This document shows, one piece after another, positions 28,675-33,802 of a stretch of 33,802 nt of DNA. A program made the translations under genes and the position numbers. The notes under the pieces are model-generated. The model saw only the letters and a list, made by a program, of their open reading frames with translations. It was not told the origin of the DNA and did no database searches. The DNA is taken from the sequence record SRR22947727_788; one strand, given 5' to 3'. The stretch's first letter is position 1, and every line of letters starts with the position of its first letter.

Positions 28675-29300
28675 TAGTTTGAGCCGATCATGTCGAAATA
28701 GGACTGAAGTAATGCGGCTCGTGAGTTCACACCTGAATTTTGAGCTATGCCCAGACGCTTCAACATCCTGTTGATCGTCTTCGAGATCGAGTCTTCTGTG
28801 ACGGAGAGCTCCTCGGCGATGGCGTGGTTCGAGAGACCCTTTGCGACGAGACGGAGGACTGCTATCTGGCCGGAAGTCAGATTGATGGAGGGAAGCTCAC
28901 CTACCTCTGCTTTGGTGGCTTTGTCTATCGACACCGTTATTGCCTCTGCTAGTTGAGCAGTTGATTCCACCTGTTGCTTGATCAGATACACAACACCAGC
29001 GGGCGCACTCACGAGGCTTTCCGAGTGAAGCCTGGGGTCGCCGTACGCACTCAGAATGACTATTCCTAGTCGGGGAAAGCTCGCGCGAAGGCTTTCTGCG
29101 ATGTCAAGACCCGTGGGGCCCGGACCAAAATCTAGGTCGGTGACGAGAGCGTCGGGTTTGAGTTTTTTCACCAGTGCTAAAGCCTCTGCCGCAGTCTTGC
29201 CGCGACCCACGACGGAAATGCCATGGGATAGGAGGGAGTCAGAGACTCCTTGAAGGGTCAAACTGTGGTCATCGGCAACGACGACGTTCAGAGCATTCAC
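28674..29300 (-). CDS. NarL/LuxR-family response regulator
   Basis: VADDH, PDALVTD (phospho-Asp), ILSAY, YLIK. C-terminal LT..Q..VL.LVAKGLSN..IA HTH. Confidence 0.9.
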   Translation of the reverse strand: MNALNVVVADDHSLTLQGVSDSLLSHGISVVGRGKTAAEALALVKKLKPDALVTDLDFGPGPTGLDIAESLRASFPRLGIVILSAYGDPRLHSESLVSAPAGVVYLIKQQVESTAQLAEAITVSIDKATKAEVGELPSINLTSGQIAVLRLVAKGLSNHAIAEELSVTEDSISKTINRMLKRLGIAQNSGVNSRAALLQSYFDMIGSN

Positions 29301-29395
29301 GACTCTGAGTATGTCCCATCTTGGGTTCCTGGAAGAAGTGAGACGGGCCAGATTGTGGGGTAATCGGTAGACTTGGCAAGTTGTTCAGGCCTTAG

Positions 29396-30694
<1,299 letters not shown>

Positions 30695-30726
30695 CACCGG
30701 GCTTGTTGGCTCGGTAGGGTCGCTCT

Positions 30727-31020
30727 ATGGATTCGATTCCCCCTGAGCTTCATCAGCTGCGCAAAAGCATCGACAACATCGATGCGGCGCTCGTCCATTT
30801 GCTTGCGGAGCGTTTTCGCACGACCCAGCAGGTGGGAAAGCTGAAGGCGGATCTCTCCATGCCTCCCTCGGATCCTTCTCGCGAAGCTGCGCAGATAGAG
30901 CGTCTCAGGAATCTTGCGAAGGACGCTGACTTGGATCCCGAATTCGCCGAAAAGTTTCTAGGGTTCATCCTTGCTGAGGTGATTCAGCACCATCAGGAGC
31001 TAGCTGCTGGCGAGGGGTAA
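30727..31020 (+). CDS. Monofunctional chorismate mutase (AroQ)
   Basis: LRKSIDNIDAALVHLLAERF..VGKLK..DPSRE. Confidence 0.9.
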   Translation: MDSIPPELHQLRKSIDNIDAALVHLLAERFRTTQQVGKLKADLSMPPSDPSREAAQIERLRNLAKDADLDPEFAEKFLGFILAEVIQHHQELAAGEG

Positions 31021-31593
31021 CTCGCGGTAGAGGTTGCCAGCAACCTCAATTAGTCGCTCAATGAGCGCGTCATCTCTCTCCACGACCACGAACTTGGGTC
31101 CAGGCCAGCCGGGCACCATTTCGCCATTCTTTTTCTCACGCAACATCCAGCCAAAAACGCAGGCGCTGGCTCCCGTCACATAAAGCTGCCACTGAACTTG
31201 ACGGTGGTAGTTCCCCGGAACGTGTCGCCATTCACCCCAATCGCGCCCGGTGGTCTTGACCTCTGCAATCAAGTCGTGACCGGGCGAGAGCCCATCTGGG
31301 GTGGCCATTTGCCAGCGCAACTCGTCAGCGTCCTTAGCGATAAGCCAATCGTTGGGCTCGAGCTCGAACTGTGTGGCGAGCTTCTCGATCAGAGACGCTT
31401 CCTGCTCTCGACCAAAACGCATGTAATCGTTGTCGGGAATCGGGGTGGGGTTTCGTATCTGCGCTAGCACCTCGCGAAACCCATCGGGCGTGACCGCTTT
31501 CGATACCGCTGTTGCTGTGACTCCGCCGGCCCGAACGGCGAGCCAAGCTTCGTAATCAGAGGAGGACACGAGGAAGCGTGAGGAGTCAATCAT
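31000..31593 (-). CDS. YqaJ viral-recombinase / lambda-exonuclease family nuclease
   Basis: WL..RAGGVTAT, G..E, ATPDGL, EVKT, QVQWQLYVTG. Confidence 0.88.
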   Translation of the reverse strand: MIDSSRFLVSSSDYEAWLAVRAGGVTATAVSKAVTPDGFREVLAQIRNPTPIPDNDYMRFGREQEASLIEKLATQFELEPNDWLIAKDADELRWQMATPDGLSPGHDLIAEVKTTGRDWGEWRHVPGNYHRQVQWQLYVTGASACVFGWMLREKKNGEMVPGWPGPKFVVVERDDALIERLIEVAGNLYRELPLASS

Positions 31594-31644
31594 GAGTTAT
31601 CCCACCGTACCGGGGTCCTGGGACACTCCAGCGCGAGACTGCGG

Positions 31645-33802
31645 TCAGCGCTGATATCCGACCACGGGACCGAGGACGCTCGGGAGGGTTCCTCTGTGAA
31701 GGGCATCAAGTTCTTCCAGGTCGAAGCTGAAGTGGTCGGCAACGTCAAGGCCCCGTAGTGACACATCGGTCACACCCACTCTGGCTACTGGTACCCCTCG
31801 ACCCTCACACAACCCGCGGAACTTGACGTCGTCTTCTCGGGCAACGCTCACGACCATTCGTGCCACGGACTCCGAGAACAATGCCTCGGTGATGTCCAAG
31901 TCGCCATCTTCCATTACTTCTGACAGCCACACCCGGGCGCCCACTCCTCGACGCAACACGCCCTCCACCAACGTTTGAATGAGTCCCCCGGTGGAAACAT
32001 CGTGGGCGCTGGTGACAAGCCCATCTTTTGCAGCTACCACCATGAGACCCGCCAAAGCCTTTTCGGCCGCAAGATTAGGTGCTGGGGGCATGCCTCCCAG
32101 GTGATCATGAATCACGCCAGCCCAGGCTGATCCATCAAGCTCTGGTCGGGTGGTGCCCAGCAGATAAAGATTCTCGCCATCGTCCTGCCAGCCGCTAGGC
32201 AGTCGGCGCTCCACAGTGTCGATGACTCCCATGACGGCCACCACTGGAGTGGGATGAATGGGAGTGGTCCCCGTTTGGTTGTAAAGGCTCACGTTTCCGC
32301 CTGTGACCGGAACTCCGAGTTCCATGCAGGCATCCGCCAAGCCGCGAACGGCTTCGGCAAACTGCCACATCACCTCAGGGTCCTCAGGGCTCCCAAAGTT
32401 CAAGCAATCACTGACAGCACGGGGGTTAGCCCCAGTGGCTGCGACATTGCGATAAGCCTCCGACAGTGCCAACTGCGCTCCGGTGTAGGGGTCCAGGTAG
32501 CTGTATCGGCCATTGGCATCTGTTGCGAGTGCGACCCCGAGGCCTGACTCTTCGTCGACTCGAATCATCCCCGCATCATCGGGGAATGCCAACGCAGTAT
32601 TGCCCATGACGTAGCGGTCATATTGGTTGGTGATCCACTCAGGGTTTGCCAGGTTGGGTGATGAGAGAACCTGAGTGACCTGATCCCGCAACTCTTCGGG
32701 AGTCTGTGCTCGCGCATGTCCCGACACTGTGTCTGCCTGGACCCCATCCAGCCAAGCGGGGCGGTGGTAGGGGCGCTCATAGACCGGTGAATCAATGGCC
32801 ACAGTCTTGGGGTCGACATCGACGATGGTCTCACCCTGCCAGTGGATGATCAGTCGACCGGTGTCCGTGACTTCGCCCAACACACTGGTCTCCACCTCCC
32901 ACTTCGCGGTGATGGTGAGGAAGTCATCAAGTTTCTCCGGGCGAACAATCGCCATCATGCGCTCTTGACTCTCCGACATCAAAATCTCTTCTGCGGTGAG
33001 GGTGTCATCGCGCAGGAGGACATGGTCGAGAGTGACCTCCATCCCGCTGTCGCCGTTCGCCGCGAGTTCTGATGTGGCACAACTAATTCCTGCGGCTCCG
33101 AGGTCTTGGATACCTTCGACAACACCTTCGTGGAAGAGCTCTAAGCAGCACTCAATGAGCACTTTTTCTGCAAACGGGTCCCCCACCTGAACAGCGGGGC
33201 GCTTGGTGGGCCCACCCTCATCGAAAGTTTCACTGGCGAGGATGGAAGCTCCACCAATTCCGTCTCCTCCGGTTCGAGCCCCGAAGAGGACCACTTTGTT
33301 GCCGGCACCTTTGGCGTTCGCGAGGTGGAGATCTTCGTGCCGGAGAACTCCCACCGCCAAGGCATTCACCAGAGGGTTGTTTTGGTAAATCGGGTCAAAC
33401 CAGGTTTCGCCACCGATGTTGGGCAGGCCGAGACAGTTGCCGTAGAAGCTGATGCCACTGACCACACCCGGCGCAACCCGCTGGGTGTCGGGGTGATCTA
33501 GCGCTCCAAAGCGCAGGGCATCCATGACCGCGACGGGCCTGGCCCCCATAGAAATGATGTCGCGAACGATTCCGCCCACCCCGGTTGCGGCTCCCTGGAA
33601 CGGTTCGATGAAGCTCGGGTGGTTGTGGCTCTCAATCTTGAAGGTGACTGCCCAGCCTTCCCCGATGTCAACAACTCCAGCGTTTTCCCCCATGCCGACC
33701 ATCAGGTGGGTGCGCATATCGTCGGTAACTTTTTGGCCAAACTGGCGAAGGTGAACTTTGGAGGACTTGTAGGAGCAGTGCTCGCTCCACATCACCGAAT
33801 AC
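31645..33802 (-). CDS. purL: Phosphoribosylformylglycinamidine synthase subunit PurL (5' end outside the window)
   Basis: [45 protein letters not shown]. The frame stays open to the window edge. Confidence 0.97.
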   Translation of the reverse strand, partial: YSVMWSEHCSYKSSKVHLRQFGQKVTDDMRTHLMVGMGENAGVVDIGEGWAVTFKIESHNHPSFIEPFQGAATGVGGIVRDIISMGARPVAVMDALRFGALDHPDTQRVAPGVVSGISFYGNCLGLPNIGGETWFDPIYQNNPLVNALAVGVLRHEDLHLANAKGAGNKVVLFGARTGGDGIGGASILASETFDEGGPTKRPAVQVGDPFAEKVLIECCLELFHEGVVEGIQDLGAAGISCATSELAANGDSGMEVTLDHVLLRDDTLTAEEILMSESQERMMAIVRPEKLDDFLTITAKWEVETSVLGEVTDTGRLIIHWQGETIVDVDPKTVAIDSPVYERPYHRPAWLDGVQADTVSGHARAQTPEELRDQVTQVLSSPNLANPEWITNQYDRYVMGNTALAFPDDAGMIRVDEESGLGVALATDANGRYSYLDPYTGAQLALSEAYRNVAATGANPRAVSDCLNFGSPEDPEVMWQFAEAVRGLADACMELGVPVTGGNVSLYNQTGTTPIHPTPVVAVMGVIDTVERRLPSGWQDDGENLYLLGTTRPELDGSAWAGVIHDHLGGMPPAPNLAAEKALAGLMVVAAKDGLVTSAHDVSTGGLIQTLVEGVLRRGVGARVWLSEVMEDGDLDITEALFSESVARMVVSVAREDDVKFRGLCEGRGVPVARVGVTDVSLRGLDVADHFSFDLEELDALHRGTLPSVLGPVVGYQR

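Noticed and set aside
30696..30715. Hairpin after purA as a terminator
   Set aside because: Only 7 bp with a G-U pair and no U-tract, abutting the next -10; too weak to call.

Overview
Compact, GC-rich (roughly 58-60% by eye) actinobacterial core-genome segment. Gene content and order suggest a small-genome Microbacteriaceae member such as Pontimonas or a relative (inference). In order it holds: a zinc-independent rpmB-rpmG-rpsN-hup operon behind a structured leader; a CopD/CtaG fusion; a membrane-anchored hypothetical; a Pif1-family helicase; tRNA-Gly(CCC); dcd; idi plus a C50-carotenoid operon (crtB-crtI-crtYe-crtYf-crtEb, no crtE); beta-carbonic anhydrase; an MFS transporter; an HspR/HAIR-controlled dnaK-grpE-dnaJ-hspR-clpB operon; a nitroreductase; a DUF6421-like gene with threonine aldolase; an AEC transporter; xth; pyrE; a septum-formation protein; an orphan N4/N6 DNA methyltransferase; a TrmH-family methyltransferase; an atypical sensor kinase with a NarL regulator; purA; chorismate mutase; a solitary YqaJ nuclease; and purL (5' end outside the window). 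I found no mobile element, CRISPR array or defence island, and I cannot demonstrate a new system from sequence alone. The best leads are the structured leader of the ribosomal operon, a candidate leaderless 5-codon uORF upstream of carbonic anhydrase, M49-peptidase-like motifs in the DUF6421 protein, a perfect 12-bp inverted repeat in its divergent promoter, the duplicated-looking non-canonical kinase, and pervasive leaderless, back-to-back promoters.
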